Assembly (NCBI GenBank): GCA_963833045.1
Contig: CAWHWL010000020.1
Span: 99,191-163,190, forward strand
DNA length: 64,000 bases
Reading direction: 5' to 3'
Source: Vulcanimicrobiota bacterium
GTDB taxonomy: Bacteria > Vulcanimicrobiota > Vulcanimicrobiia > Vulcanimicrobiales > Vulcanimicrobiaceae
Under the pieces are notes generated by a model. That model was not told the origin of the DNA. It saw nothing but the letters and a program-made list of their open reading frames with translations, and searched no databases. Numbering within the stretch: the first letter of the stretch is position 1; each line of letters opens with the position of its first letter. Of this stretch, positions 46,718 to 57,120 are shown one piece after another. Made by a program: the position numbers and the translations under genes.

Positions 46718-49126
46718 GTGGACGAAAACTTTCTGCAACTCGACGCCTACTGGCGGGCGGCAAACTACATCAGCGCCGGGCAGATCTACTTGCTCGACCG
46801 CAATCCGCTGCTGCGCCGATCCCTCACGCCGGAGGACATCAAGCCGCGCTTGCTCGGCCATTGGGGCACGACACCGGGGCTGAACTTCGTCTACGCGCAC
46901 CTCAATCGCGCGATCGTGCAGCGCGACCTCGACGTCGTCTTCATGGCCGGCCCCGGCCACGGCGGCCCGGCGTTGCTCGCCAATAGTTACCTCGAAGGCA
47001 CCTACAGCGAACTTTATCCCAACGTACCGCAAAACGCGACCGGACTTGCTCGGCTCTTCAAGCAGTTTTCGTTTCCCGGCGGCGTACCCAGCCACGCCTC
47101 CCCGACGACGCCCGGCTCGATCCATGAAGGCGGTGAACTTGGATACGTGCTTTCGCATGCGTTCGGAGCCGTCTTCGACAATCCGGATCTGCTCGTGTGC
47201 GCGGTCGTCGGCGACGGCGAGGCCGAGACCGGTCCGCTCGCGGCCGCGTGGCACTCGAACAAGTTTTTGAACCCCGAGCGCGACGGCGCGGTGCTGCCGG
47301 TGCTGCACCTCAACGGCTTCAAGATCTCCGGTCCTACCGTACTCGCGCGCATCCCCGACGACGAGTTGGTGTCGCTCTTCCAGGGCTACGGCTACGATCC
47401 GGTGATCGTCGAAGGCGACGAACCCGCGCTGATGCATCAGCTGATGGCAGCTGCGCTCGATCGCGCACTGAATCGCATTCGCTCGATTCAGCGCTGTGCG
47501 CGCATCCGCGGATTCCACAAGCGTGAAACCTGGCCGATGATCATCCTGCGCACGCCCAAAGGCTGGACGGGTCCCAAGGTCGTCGACGGCATTCCGGTCG
47601 AGGGCACGTTCCGCGCGCACCAAGTGCCGTTGCTCGAAGTGCGCGAGAAGCCCGAGCATCTCGCCATGCTCGAAGCCTGGATGCGCAGCTACCGCCCTGA
47701 AGAACTCTTCGACCGCGATGGTTGCCCGGTTGCGTATGTGCGCGACGCCGCGCCGCGCGGCACTCGCCGCATGAGCGCGAATCCGCACGCCAACGGCGGC
47801 GTACTGCTGCGCGACTTAGAAATGCCGGCGTTCGCCGACTACGCCGTGAACGTGCCGGCTCCCGGGGCCGTGCGCGCCGAAGCGACACGCGCGCTTGGAC
47901 CGATGCTGCGCGACGTCATGCGTGAGAACAGCGATCGCTTTCGCGTGATGTGTCCGGACGAGACGACGTCCAATCGGCTCGAGGCACTCTTCGAGGTGAC
48001 CAATCGCTGCTCGGTTGCGCAAATCGTCCCCGGCGACGATCACGTTGCGCCCGACGGCCACGTGATGGAAGTCTTGAGTGAACACCAGTGTGAAGGCTGG
48101 CTCGAAGGCTATCTGCTCACCGGGCGCCACGGCATCTTCCCTTGCTACGAAGCCTTCATTCATATCGTGGATTCGATGGTCAATCAGCACGCCAAATGGA
48201 TCAAGATGGCGCGCGAGGTTCCCTGGCGCCGTCCAATCGCCTCATTGAATTATCTGCTCACCTCGCACGTGTGGCGCCAGGATCACAACGGCTTTAGCCA
48301 TCAGGATCCCGGCTTCATCGACCACATCGTCAACAAGAAGGCCGATACCGTGCGCGTGTATCTGCCGCCGGACGCCAACACGCTGCTCTCGGTCGCCGAT
48401 CATTGTCTGCGCAGCCGCGACTATATCAACGTCATCGTTGCCGGGAAGCAGCCCGAGTGGCAATGGCTCGATATGGAGGCCGCGATACGGCACTGCACGC
48501 AAGGCGCGAGCATCTGGGAGTGGGCATCCAGCGACAACGGCACGGAGCCGGATGTGGTGATGGCCTGCGCGGGCGACGTCCCGACGCTGGAAACACTGGC
48601 AGCGGTCGACTTCCTGCGCCGGCACGTTCCCGAACTACGCGTGCGCGTCGTCAACGTCGTGGACCTGATGGCGCTCGAGTCGCGCGATCAGCACCCGCAC
48701 GGCTGGAGCGACGACGTTTTCAGCTCGCTTTTTAGCGAGAATGCACCGGTGATCTTCGCCTTCCACGGCTACCCGGCGTTGATCCATCGCCTGACCTACA
48801 AGCGACCCAATCACGACAACTTCCACGTTCACGGCTATCGAGAGGAAGGAACGACGACCACGCCGTTCGACATGACGGTACGCAACGAACTCGACCGCTT
48901 CCATCTGGCCGCCGACGCGATCGAGCGCGTTCCGCGCTTAGGCGATCGCGGCGCCCACGCGCAGCAGCTTCTCCGCAACAAGCTGGTCGAGCACCGCCGC
49001 TATATCGAACACTACGGTGAAGACATGCCGGAGATCCGCGACTGGTCCTGGCGTAGCGCCTCTTCGATGGCAGCGAGCAGTTCGCGCGGTTCAGCCGGTT
49101 TGGGCAGCGCACTCGCTACGCCGTAG
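46718..49126 (+). CDS. xfp: Phosphoketolase (xylulose-5-P/fructose-6-P)
   Basis: Contains [33 protein letters not shown] and EGGELGY. ~800 aa, GTG start. Confidence 0.9.
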   Translation: MDENFLQLDAYWRAANYISAGQIYLLDRNPLLRRSLTPEDIKPRLLGHWGTTPGLNFVYAHLNRAIVQRDLDVVFMAGPGHGGPALLANSYLEGTYSELYPNVPQNATGLARLFKQFSFPGGVPSHASPTTPGSIHEGGELGYVLSHAFGAVFDNPDLLVCAVVGDGEAETGPLAAAWHSNKFLNPERDGAVLPVLHLNGFKISGPTVLARIPDDELVSLFQGYGYDPVIVEGDEPALMHQLMAAALDRALNRIRSIQRCARIRGFHKRETWPMIILRTPKGWTGPKVVDGIPVEGTFRAHQVPLLEVREKPEHLAMLEAWMRSYRPEELFDRDGCPVAYVRDAAPRGTRRMSANPHANGGVLLRDLEMPAFADYAVNVPAPGAVRAEATRALGPMLRDVMRENSDRFRVMCPDETTSNRLEALFEVTNRCSVAQIVPGDDHVAPDGHVMEVLSEHQCEGWLEGYLLTGRHGIFPCYEAFIHIVDSMVNQHAKWIKMAREVPWRRPIASLNYLLTSHVWRQDHNGFSHQDPGFIDHIVNKKADTVRVYLPPDANTLLSVADHCLRSRDYINVIVAGKQPEWQWLDMEAAIRHCTQGASIWEWASSDNGTEPDVVMACAGDVPTLETLAAVDFLRRHVPELRVRVVNVVDLMALESRDQHPHGWSDDVFSSLFSENAPVIFAFHGYPALIHRLTYKRPNHDNFHVHGYREEGTTTTPFDMTVRNELDRFHLAADAIERVPRLGDRGAHAQQLLRNKLVEHRRYIEHYGEDMPEIRDWSWRSASSMAASSSRGSAGLGSALATP

Positions 49127-49413
49127 ATCTGCATGAAATCGCGCATCGCGTCATCGATTGTGCTCGCCGTATAAAGCGCAACGCGGAGCATTCGCGTCCG
49201 TTCGTCGGCACGCAGGGCGCGAAGGAACTGTGCTCCGCTCAATCCCGGAAGTGACAGGTCGGTGATAACGAGGTCGGGCAGATGCTCAACGGCAAGCTCG
49301 AGACCTCGCTCGCCGCTAGGAGCCTCGAGCGTGGTGTGACCGCCGTGCGCGAGCAGCGTGGCGACCAGCAGGCGCGCGTTGGGATCGTCATCAACGATCA
49401 GCACGCTCGCCAT
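49012..49413 (-). CDS. Single-domain (CheY-like) response regulator
   Basis: Receiver residues VLIVDDD...[10 protein letters not shown]...LPKP and no output domain. Confidence 0.8.
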   Translation of the reverse strand: MASVLIVDDDPNARLLVATLLAHGGHTTLEAPSGERGLELAVEHLPDLVITDLSLPGLSGAQFLRALRADERTRMLRVALYTASTIDDAMRDFMQIYGVASALPKPAEPRELLAAIEEALRQDQSRISGMSSP

Positions 49414-49787
49414 CAGTGACCCTCACGACCGATGAACGCCTCAACTTGCGCCACGAAAGTGCGCGGCTCGATCGGCTTGGTAATGTAGCCGTCAAAGCCG
49501 GCTTCGGCGATGCGTTCGCGATCGCCCGACATGGCAAGCGCGGTGACCGCGACGAGTGGAACCGAGGAAAGATGCGATGCACTCTTAAAGCGGCGCGCAA
49601 ATTCGTACCCGTCAATGCCGGGCATCAGGATGTCGGTCAAGACGATCGCGAAGTCGCCCGAAAGCGCCGCTTGCAAACCCGCAAGCGCGTCGGTGTGTCC
49701 GTCCGCTTGATAACCGAAAGCTCGCAGCAGATACAACATCAGATCAAGGTTGACGGCGTTATCGTCGACGACGAGGACGCGCGACAC
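49413..49787 (-). CDS. Single-domain (CheY-like) response regulator
   Basis: Receiver residues VLVVDDN...VLTDILMPGIDG...GYITKP. GTG start 4 nt after the kinase stop. Confidence 0.85.
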   Translation of the reverse strand: MSRVLVVDDNAVNLDLMLYLLRAFGYQADGHTDALAGLQAALSGDFAIVLTDILMPGIDGYEFARRFKSASHLSSVPLVAVTALAMSGDRERIAEAGFDGYITKPIEPRTFVAQVEAFIGREGH

Positions 49788-49790
49788 GCG

Positions 49791-50945
49791 CTACCTCGCT
49801 CGTGGAAGCGTAAACGTAAAGGTGCTCCCCTTGCCGATTTCACTGGTTACGGTCAATTCACCGCCGAGCAGTATCGCAAGATTGCGGCACAGATAGAGGC
49901 CCAAGCCGGTCCCCTCGTAGCGGCGCGTACTCGAGCGATCCAGTTGCTCGAACGCTTTGAACAGTCGTTCCTGGTCATCGGGCTTGATGCCTATGCCGGT
50001 ATCGCTCACGCTGAACGCGACGGCGGACTGCTCGTTGTGGATCGTTGCCCAAACGTCGATGCGCACCGAGCCCGATTCGGTATATTTGAGGGCGTTATTG
50101 GTAAGATTCAAGAGAATTTGCGAGAGCGCGCGCCGATCCGTCGTGATCGGGTCCCCGTCGTCCGTGACCTGCGTGGTGAATTCGAGCTGCTTCTCGATCG
50201 CAAGTGCGGCAAGCGAGGACGATACCTCGTTGACGATGTCCTTGGCCGAGATCGGCTCAAACGCGAGCTCGATTTTCCCTGATTCGATCCTTGCAAGGTC
50301 GAGAATGTCGTTGATGAGTGAGAGCAGGTGGCGCGCGCTCGACTGCACGATCCCAAGTTGCCGCTCTTGCTCAGGCGTCAGCGGCCCCGGCAGTTGCATC
50401 AGGAGCGTGCCGGTAAACCCGATGATCGCATTGAGCGGCGTGCGCAGTTCATGGCTCATCGAGGCCAGGAACGAATCCTTCGCCTGGTTCGCGGCTTCGA
50501 GCGCCGCGTTGAGCTCGCGCAGTTGGCGTTCGAGCGTTTTCCGTTCCGTAGAATCGCGGACCGAAGCCGACACGAACGTTCCTTCGCGCGTTGAGACCGG
50601 GCTCAGGCTGATCTCGACCGGGAACTCGGTGCCGTTCTTGCGCAGCCCGTTGAGCTCCATGCCGATGCCCATCGGGCGCACGTGCGGATCGGCGTAATAG
50701 CCCTTGCGCTCGCCCACGTGCCGGCCACGGTAGCGTGCCGGAATCAGCATCTCGATCGGATGCCCGATCAATTCTTCGCGATAGTAGCCGAAGAGACGTT
50801 CGGTCTGCGCGTTCACCAGCCGAATCTTGCCTTCGGCGTCGACGATGATCGTCGCATCGGGCGCGTACTCCAGCAAAGGGAAACGGCTCCCGGCGAGATC
50901 CGCAAGCGAGAACGTTACTTCACCCGCTGTTTGCGAAGGATCCAT
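49791..50945 (-). CDS. PAS-domain sensor histidine kinase
   Basis: PAS region (IIVDAEGKIRLVNAQTERLFGY...NGTEFPVEISLSPV), H-box SMSHELRTPLNAIIGF, and N/G boxes (NLTNNALKYT, DTGIGI, GTGLGL). Start set to the ATG at 50945; the upstream 73 codons look like shadow sequence. Confidence 0.8.
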   Translation of the reverse strand: MDPSQTAGEVTFSLADLAGSRFPLLEYAPDATIIVDAEGKIRLVNAQTERLFGYYREELIGHPIEMLIPARYRGRHVGERKGYYADPHVRPMGIGMELNGLRKNGTEFPVEISLSPVSTREGTFVSASVRDSTERKTLERQLRELNAALEAANQAKDSFLASMSHELRTPLNAIIGFTGTLLMQLPGPLTPEQERQLGIVQSSARHLLSLINDILDLARIESGKIELAFEPISAKDIVNEVSSSLAALAIEKQLEFTTQVTDDGDPITTDRRALSQILLNLTNNALKYTESGSVRIDVWATIHNEQSAVAFSVSDTGIGIKPDDQERLFKAFEQLDRSSTRRYEGTGLGLYLCRNLAILLGGELTVTSEIGKGSTFTFTLPRAR

Positions 50946-51000
50946 AGCTCTTTTCAACCGCGGTAGGGCTTCCCAGGCATGGTCGCGGAGTAGCCCCATC

Positions 51001-51180
51001 GTGGGAACAAAGAATCTGCGGCACGATCTGGGCAATCTCCTCGGGGTCGCGCTCGCCAACGTCGAGGGAATGATCGACGGCATCGTTCCGACGACCAACG
51101 AGCGGCTCGAGGTCATCGCCGAGTCATTGCGGCGTTCCGCAGCGCTGGTCGCGAGTCTGCGCAATGACGCCGAAGACTAG
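51001..51180 (+). CDS. Candidate 59-aa stand-alone H-box/DHp-like protein (not in the ORF track as such)
   Basis: GTG 51001 through TAG 51180 gives VGTKNLRHDLGNLLGVALANVEGMIDGIVPTTNERLEVIAESLRRSAALVASLRNDAED. The pattern HD..N.L......E...(loop)...L..I......R.A.L...L resembles helix 1 and helix 2 of the HDxxNxL-type kinase dimerisation domain. It shares wobble positions with the antisense extension of the kinase ORF, so GC3 cannot discriminate between them. Confidence 0.35.
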   Translation: MGTKNLRHDLGNLLGVALANVEGMIDGIVPTTNERLEVIAESLRRSAALVASLRNDAED

Positions 51181-52190
51181 CCGGCGCGCAACGCGTGCAG
51201 CATGTGTCGCGCGATCATTAGGTTTTCGTCGGTGGGGATCACGAGCGTCGTGACGTCGGCAAGATAGCCGATCGCCGCAACGACACGCTCGCGGATAGGA
51301 ACCGCGTGCTCACCGATGCCGCCGGTAAAGACCAGCGTATCGAGGCCACCGAGCACCGCGCTCATCGCGCCGAGCTGCTTGATCAATTGATACACGAAGA
51401 GGTCGACCGCGTTGCGCGCAGCGGAATCGGTGTCCGCCGCTTCGAGGAGCATGCGCATGTCGCCGCTCGAGCCCGAGACGCCGAGCAGTCCGCTGCGATG
51501 ATAGAGCAGATCGGTCAACTTCTCGATGTCGTAGCGATCGTTACCGAGCAGTCGCAGGATGACGCCGGGATCGAGGTCGCCGGGACGCGTGCCCATCATC
51601 AATCCGCCAAGAGCGGTAAAGCCCATCGTGGTGTCGACCGGTTCGCCGTCGCGCAGTGCGCACAGACTTGCGCCTGAACCCAGATGCGCGATCACCGTTC
51701 GCCCCGAGTTCGCCGGCAGCTGCGAGGCGACGTACTCATACGAAAGCCCGTGAAAGCCGTAGCGCTGCAGCAACGGATCGAGATCGTTAGGCAGCGGGAG
51801 ACGATGAGCAATCGCCGGTGAACGCCGGTGAAAGGCCGTGTCGAAGCAAAGCACGTTCGACGCCCGCGGTAACGCCCGCATCGCAGCGTACACCAGATCG
51901 AGCTCTGCACGCAGATGCAGCGGCTCCACGGCAACGAGCGTTTCGAGCTCTTTCATGACGGCGTCATCGGCGCGCACCGGCGATTCGTGGTGCGGCCCGC
52001 CGAAGACGATCCGATGCCCGACGGCATCGACGCCGTCCGAACCAACCTGCGCGAGGACCTGCGCCAAGAGGCGCTCGGCGTCGCCGCCGGCCGTCATCGT
52101 TCCCGAATGGGTGAGCTCGAGCTCGCTTTCGACTTCGCGGCGGTACACGGCAAATTTCAACGATGATGAACCGCCGTTGAGCGTTAGCAC
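51177..52190 (-). CDS. ackA: Acetate (propionate) kinase, compact form
   Basis: Contains LTLNGGSSSLKF, GHRIVFGG, CFDTAFH, YGFHGLSYEY and IPTDENLMIA. GTG start. Confidence 0.8.
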   Translation of the reverse strand: MLTLNGGSSSLKFAVYRREVESELELTHSGTMTAGGDAERLLAQVLAQVGSDGVDAVGHRIVFGGPHHESPVRADDAVMKELETLVAVEPLHLRAELDLVYAAMRALPRASNVLCFDTAFHRRSPAIAHRLPLPNDLDPLLQRYGFHGLSYEYVASQLPANSGRTVIAHLGSGASLCALRDGEPVDTTMGFTALGGLMMGTRPGDLDPGVILRLLGNDRYDIEKLTDLLYHRSGLLGVSGSSGDMRMLLEAADTDSAARNAVDLFVYQLIKQLGAMSAVLGGLDTLVFTGGIGEHAVPIRERVVAAIGYLADVTTLVIPTDENLMIARHMLHALRAG

Positions 52191-52204
52191 CTTCGAAGCT
52201 CGGC

Positions 52205-52534
52205 TCAGAACGCGCGCGCTCCCGTCGTAAACCGCATGTCGTCCCGCGTCTCGAGCGAGAAGCTGTCGCTATGCGACGGGACGGCATCGATGACGAACTG
52301 CATCTGTTCACCCCACTGTTTGAGCTGCTTGACGCCGATATAAAACGGCGTATCCTCGATCGTGCCGAGCAAGACGTCGTTCGCGCCTGTGTGGAAGTCG
52401 CCTCGCTTGTAGCACATCGGCGCACTGCCTTCGCAGCATCCGCCCGACTGATGGAAGATCAGCGGCCCATGCAACGCCCTCAGCCGCCGCACCAGGGCGA
52501 CGGCTGAAGGCGTGAACACGATGCGTTCGGGCAC
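52205..52534 (-). CDS. DUF779 family protein
   Basis: HQSGGCCEGSAPMC motif. Lies immediately downstream of an aldehyde dehydrogenase, which is typical for DUF779. Confidence 0.8.
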   Translation of the reverse strand: MPERIVFTPSAVALVRRLRALHGPLIFHQSGGCCEGSAPMCYKRGDFHTGANDVLLGTIEDTPFYIGVKQLKQWGEQMQFVIDAVPSHSDSFSLETRDDMRFTTGARAF

Positions 52535-54081
52535 TAGAACAGTCCCAGGGCCTTGTCGCTGTAGCTGACCAGCAAATTCTTGGTTTGCTGGTAGGCTTCG
52601 AGATCCGACCTATAGGTCTCGCGGCCGAACCCGGACTGCTTGTAGCCTCCGAACGCGGCGCCCGCCGGATAGAGGTGGTAGCAATTGGTCCACACGCGTC
52701 CGGCCTGAATCTCGCGTCCGACGCGATAGGCGTTGGTGCCGTTACGACTCCACACCCCGGCGCCCAAACCGTAGAGCGTGTCGTTGCCGATTTCGATCGC
52801 GTCATCGAGGTTCTTGAAGGCCGTCACCGAGAGCACCGGCCCAAAGATCTCCTCTTGGAAGATGCGCATCTTATTGTTGCCCGCAAAGACGGTCGGTTTG
52901 ACGTAGTATCCGCCCTTGATATCGGCGGCCACCTCGGCTACGCCGCCGCCGGTGAGGCACGTTGCCCCTTCCTGTTTGCCGATGTCGATGTAGCGTAGGA
53001 TCTTTTCGAGTTGATCCTTGGAGTTCTGCGCGCCCATCATCGTCGCGGGATCGAGTGGATTGCCGACCACGATCTTCTCGACGCGTTCGATCGCGCGTTC
53101 GATAAAGCGATCGTAGATCGACTCGTGGATCAGCGCGCGCGACGGGCACGTGCACACTTCGCCTTTGTTGAAAGCGAAGAGGGTAAAGCCCTCGAGCGCC
53201 TTGTCAAGGTACGCATCCTCGGCATCCATGACGTCGGCCAGGAAGATGTTGGGCGATTTTCCGCCCAGCTCCAGGGTCATCGGGATCAGGTTCTGCGACG
53301 CGTACTGCATGATCAACCGTCCGGTCGTCGTTTCACCGGTAAACGCCACCTTGGCGATACGCGGATTCGCGGCCAGTGCTTCGCCGATCTCCGAGCCTTT
53401 GCCGTTGACGACGTTCAAAACGCCCGGCGGCACGATGTCGGCGATCAATTGCATCAGCACCATCACGCTAAACGGCGTTTCCGAAGCCGGCTTGAGCACG
53501 ACGCAGTTGCCGGCCGCAAGTGCCGGACAGAGCTTCCATGCCGCCATCAGCAGCGGGAAGTTCCACGGAATGATCTGCGCGACGACGCCGAGGGGTTCAC
53601 GGAAGTGATAGGCCACGGTTTCATCGTCGAGCTGGGTGAGCGCGCCCTCTTCGGCTCGCAGGCACGCGGCAAAGTACCGGAAGTGGTCGGCTGCAAGCGG
53701 CACGTCGGCCGCGAGCGTTTCCCGAATGGGTTTGCCGTTGTCCATCGTCTCGACGCGAGCCAGCACCTGGAGGTTTTCGTCGATCCGATCCGCGATTGCG
53801 TTGAGCACCGCGGCACGCTGCGCCGGCGAGGTCTTTCCCCAGGCGCGCTTCGCCGCGTGAGCGGCGTCGAGCGCGAGTTCGATGTCCTTAGGACTCGAGC
53901 GCGCAAACTCGGCCAGCGGCAGACCGTTGATCGGGCTGGTATCGACGAAATACCGGCCCTCGACCGGCGGCACGAACGTGCCACCGATGAAGTTATCGTA
54001 ACGCGTCTTGAGCAAATTGCGTTCGCGCACGAAGGCAATTGCATCTTGGAACAGATCGCGCGTTTGGGTTGCGGTAGTCAC
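52534..54081 (-). CDS. NAD-dependent aldehyde dehydrogenase (AcoD/acetaldehyde dehydrogenase II-like)
   Basis: Contains NFIGG.FV, ELGGKSP and EEIFGPV, with the catalytic Cys in [13 protein letters not shown] at 54081 lies 6 nt after AAGGAG. Confidence 0.9.
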   Translation of the reverse strand: MTTATQTRDLFQDAIAFVRERNLLKTRYDNFIGGTFVPPVEGRYFVDTSPINGLPLAEFARSSPKDIELALDAAHAAKRAWGKTSPAQRAAVLNAIADRIDENLQVLARVETMDNGKPIRETLAADVPLAADHFRYFAACLRAEEGALTQLDDETVAYHFREPLGVVAQIIPWNFPLLMAAWKLCPALAAGNCVVLKPASETPFSVMVLMQLIADIVPPGVLNVVNGKGSEIGEALAANPRIAKVAFTGETTTGRLIMQYASQNLIPMTLELGGKSPNIFLADVMDAEDAYLDKALEGFTLFAFNKGEVCTCPSRALIHESIYDRFIERAIERVEKIVVGNPLDPATMMGAQNSKDQLEKILRYIDIGKQEGATCLTGGGVAEVAADIKGGYYVKPTVFAGNNKMRIFQEEIFGPVLSVTAFKNLDDAIEIGNDTLYGLGAGVWSRNGTNAYRVGREIQAGRVWTNCYHLYPAGAAFGGYKQSGFGRETYRSDLEAYQQTKNLLVSYSDKALGLF

Positions 54082-54115
54082 GAGAGTCTCCTTCGGTTTT
54101 CCGAAAACTAGAAAA

Positions 54116-55219
54116 CTACTTGAAAAGAATGAGCGGTTTTAGAACGCCGTCGAGCTTACGATCCATGATGTCGAAGGCTTTGGGCATCTCGCTGAAATCG
54201 AAGGTGTGCGTCGTCATCTTGGTCGGATCGACCGTGCCTTGTTCGAGTAAGCGCAAAAGGCGCTTCATTCGCAAGCTGCCGCCCGGGCACAGGCCGGTGC
54301 GAATCGTCTTGTCGGCCATCCCGACGCCCCATGCGGTGCGCGGGATATCCACGTAGTCGCCCGATCCGTGATAGCCGACATTGGAGATCGTGCCGCCGGG
54401 TTTGGTTACGTCAACGCACCACTCAAAGGTCTGTTGCGAGCCCAGCGCTTCGATCGCCGTATCGACGCCGATGCCGCCGGTCTCCGCCAGGATCCGCGCG
54501 ACCGGGTCTTCTTTCTTGAAATCAACGACGAGATGCGCGCCGTACTCTTTTGCGAGCTGCGCGCGCTTGGGATCGGTCTCAACGGCAATAATGAGTCCGG
54601 CACCGCGGAGCTTCGCACCGGCCGTGGCCATCAAACCAACCGGTCCTTGCGCGAAAATCGCGACCGTGCCGCCGATCGGAATGTCGCCGTGCTCGGCGCC
54701 CACGAAACCGGTCGAGAGCATGTCGGCGCAATACACGGCTGCTTCCGAGGTTACGCTGGGTGGAATGATCGCCATGTTGGCGTCGGCTTCGTTGACGTGA
54801 AAGTATTCGGCGAAGACGCCGTCCTTCACGTTGGCAAATTTCCAGCCCGCGAGGGCGCCGCCGGACTGCGAGGAATAGCCGTTCTGTGCTTCCTCAGAGC
54901 CCCAATCGGGCGTGATCGCGCCGACCACCACACGATCGCCGACTTTGAATTGCTTGACTTGTGAACCGACGGCGTGCACGATGCCGACGGCTTCGTGCCC
55001 GAGCGTCAAGCCTTCGCGCGGTCCGATGGCGCCACGTACGGTGTGCGAGTCCGAGGTGCAAATAAGCGCGTGCGTCGTCTTGATGATCGCGTCATTTGGT
55101 CCCGGCTGCGGAATAGGTTTTTCCAAGAAGCCGGTATGCTCGAGGCCGAGCATGCAAAAGGCCTTCATCGTCGCTACCGGCACTTGCGGCTGCGGCTTGG
55201 TTGTTTGCGTCTGAATCAC
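54116..55219 (-). CDS. Zn-dependent NAD(P) alcohol dehydrogenase (secondary-ADH-like)
   Basis: MKAFCML...ICTSDSHTV...GHEAVG resembles TbADH/CbADH-type enzymes. GTG at 55219 lies 8 nt after AAGGAG, which adds a 17-aa N-terminal extension. Confidence 0.85.
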   Translation of the reverse strand: MIQTQTTKPQPQVPVATMKAFCMLGLEHTGFLEKPIPQPGPNDAIIKTTHALICTSDSHTVRGAIGPREGLTLGHEAVGIVHAVGSQVKQFKVGDRVVVGAITPDWGSEEAQNGYSSQSGGALAGWKFANVKDGVFAEYFHVNEADANMAIIPPSVTSEAAVYCADMLSTGFVGAEHGDIPIGGTVAIFAQGPVGLMATAGAKLRGAGLIIAVETDPKRAQLAKEYGAHLVVDFKKEDPVARILAETGGIGVDTAIEALGSQQTFEWCVDVTKPGGTISNVGYHGSGDYVDIPRTAWGVGMADKTIRTGLCPGGSLRMKRLLRLLEQGTVDPTKMTTHTFDFSEMPKAFDIMDRKLDGVLKPLILFK

Positions 55220-55317
55220 TGCATATTCTCCTTAACAGAGCATCTACAGTGTAGGCGCGAGAAGGGGAAGAACGTGTGAGGCTCGTTCCCCGCTCCTTCA
55301 CATTCAGAACGTGCGAT

Positions 55318-56592
55318 TTATGTCTTGATGAACCACGACGCGACCATTCCGGCGGCGCTAAGCAGCATTAGCGCGAAGGCGAGCCATAACCACACCCGCG
55401 CCGCGCGCGAAACGACCTTGTCTTTGAGGGCGCGGCGATCGCTGGCAATGCGGATGATCGCATAGATGAGCGGGACCGCCGTGACGCCGTTGAACACCGC
55501 CGACCAGAACAAGGCCTTGATCGGATCGACATGAACGAGGCCCATGACCGTGCCGGCAACGATGCCGAGCACGATGATGCCGTAGAAGCCGCGCGCGCGC
55601 CACGGCTTGACGTTGAGCCCTTCGCGCAGCCCCAAGAGTTCCGAGAACATGTACCCCGACGAACCAGCGAGCACGGGCACCGCGAGTAAACCCGTCCCGA
55701 CGATGCCCAGTGTGAAGAGCGCGTAGGCAAAGTTTCCCGCCAGGGGACGCAACGCTTGCGCAGCCTGTTGCGCCGTGGCGATGTTGGCCGAGCCGTGCGC
55801 TCCGATCGTCGACGCGGTGGTCACGATGATGAAAAACATCACCAGGTTCGAAAGTATCGCGCCGGTGTTGGCGTCGACGTAGATCTCGTTGAGCGTCCGT
55901 GGTTTGAGGCGAGTGTCCTTTTGGCGCGCTTGGTGCTCCTCGGCAGTCATCGACGTTTGCCAGAAGAACAGATAGGGCGTGATCGTGGTCCCCAGCGCCG
56001 CTGTGAGCGTGGTCAGCCACGCAGCATTCCAGCGAACCTGCGGAACGACGGTATTTAAGAGGACGGTCGGCCAGTGCGGATGGACGATGAAGGCGGTGAC
56101 GACGTAGGCCAAGAGCGACGCGCAGAGCCACTTCATCACATCGGCAAACTGCCGGTAATTAAAAAATACCTCAACGACGATCACGATCGCGGCAAAAAGT
56201 ATCAGCCACAGTTCCGCCGGTAGCTGCACGAGCAAATGCGCGGCCGCCGCCATCGCGTTGAGGTCGGCACCGATGTTGAACGTGTTGGCCAGTCCGACCA
56301 GGATCGCGAGCGACACCGCCAGCGGCCGCGGCATGCTCCGTGCGAGCGACCACATCAAACCGTTCCCGGTAACCAGGCCAATGCGCGCGCACGTGCCGTC
56401 GATCACCGCCATCATCGGCGTGGTGATGAGGGCCGTCCACAGCATCGAGAGCCCGGTCGAGGCGCCGGTGATCGAGTACGTCGCGATGCCCGACGGGTCG
56501 TCGTCGGCCGCACCCGTGATGAGTCCCGGGCCGAGGGTCTTAGCCCAATGCACGATCCGGTGCGGGACGTCGCGATCCGTCGCGGTACTCAT
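55318..56592 (-). CDS. NRAMP-family divalent metal transporter
   Basis: GPGLITGAADDDPSGIATYS motif and ~11 TM segments. ATG at 56592. Confidence 0.8.
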   Translation of the reverse strand: MSTATDRDVPHRIVHWAKTLGPGLITGAADDDPSGIATYSITGASTGLSMLWTALITTPMMAVIDGTCARIGLVTGNGLMWSLARSMPRPLAVSLAILVGLANTFNIGADLNAMAAAAHLLVQLPAELWLILFAAIVIVVEVFFNYRQFADVMKWLCASLLAYVVTAFIVHPHWPTVLLNTVVPQVRWNAAWLTTLTAALGTTITPYLFFWQTSMTAEEHQARQKDTRLKPRTLNEIYVDANTGAILSNLVMFFIIVTTASTIGAHGSANIATAQQAAQALRPLAGNFAYALFTLGIVGTGLLAVPVLAGSSGYMFSELLGLREGLNVKPWRARGFYGIIVLGIVAGTVMGLVHVDPIKALFWSAVFNGVTAVPLIYAIIRIASDRRALKDKVVSRAARVWLWLAFALMLLSAAGMVASWFIKT

Positions 56593-56640
56593 TCCGTAGT
56601 TCTTCCCCTCAGCTTCCCATCGGCCAGGCATGATGGACGC

Positions 56641-57120
56641 ATGGCACAACTATATCAGCGCCGTTACCTCAAGTGTCCGTACAACCGGGCACGCGACTTG
56701 CTCGCGCAATCGGTTACCAATGCACTGCAAAGCGGCGAAGGGCGCCTCCTGCACCTGACGCTTGCGTTTCCCCCAGTGCTCGGAGTAGAGATCGGCAAGG
56801 ACGTTGTTGTCTCGGTCAAACCGGTACCGGACCCGATGCATTTCGACGAACCGTGGAATGTGCATTGGGAACCCGTTAGCGGCTTATACCCGGTTTTCGA
56901 CGGAACCCTCACCATTCGCGCCGACGAATCGTACGCGAGCGCGATCTTGGAGCTATCCGGTGCCTATGAGCCGCCGCTCGGGCTTGCCGGAATGGCGTTC
57001 GACGCGGTTCTCGGCCAACGTATCGCCCACGAAACGGCACGCGAACTGTTGCGTAAACTAGCCGCAACGATCGAAAAGCAATATCAAGTGACGGAAAACG
57101 AAAAGACGGCCGCGACCTAG
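56641..57120 (+). CDS. Uncharacterised protein, paralog 2 of the three-member family
   Basis: YLKCPYNR...VHWEPVSGLYPVFDGTLTI...LSGAYEPPLGLAGMAFDAVLGQRIAHETARELL. Divergent from the NRAMP gene. Confidence 0.55.
   Translation: MAQLYQRRYLKCPYNRARDLLAQSVTNALQSGEGRLLHLTLAFPPVLGVEIGKDVVVSVKPVPDPMHFDEPWNVHWEPVSGLYPVFDGTLTIRADESYASAILELSGAYEPPLGLAGMAFDAVLGQRIAHETARELLRKLAATIEKQYQVTENEKTAAT

Noticed and set aside
50946-51164. N-terminal 73-codon extension of the PAS histidine kinase (track ORF start 51164).
   Set aside because: The segment MRRLATSAAERRNDSAMTSSRS...PRRLPRSCRR is shadow-like. The PAS domain is preceded by a sensible start at M74 (50945). The opposite strand encodes a more protein-like peptide. 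This is not fully excluded; see the DHp-only finding.
51177-52190. The short (337-aa) AckA as a truncated or frameshifted gene.
   Set aside because: Both the N-terminal LNGGSSSLKF and the C-terminal IPTDENLMIA motifs are in one uninterrupted frame, and the internal motifs are in the expected order. It is treated as a compact variant.
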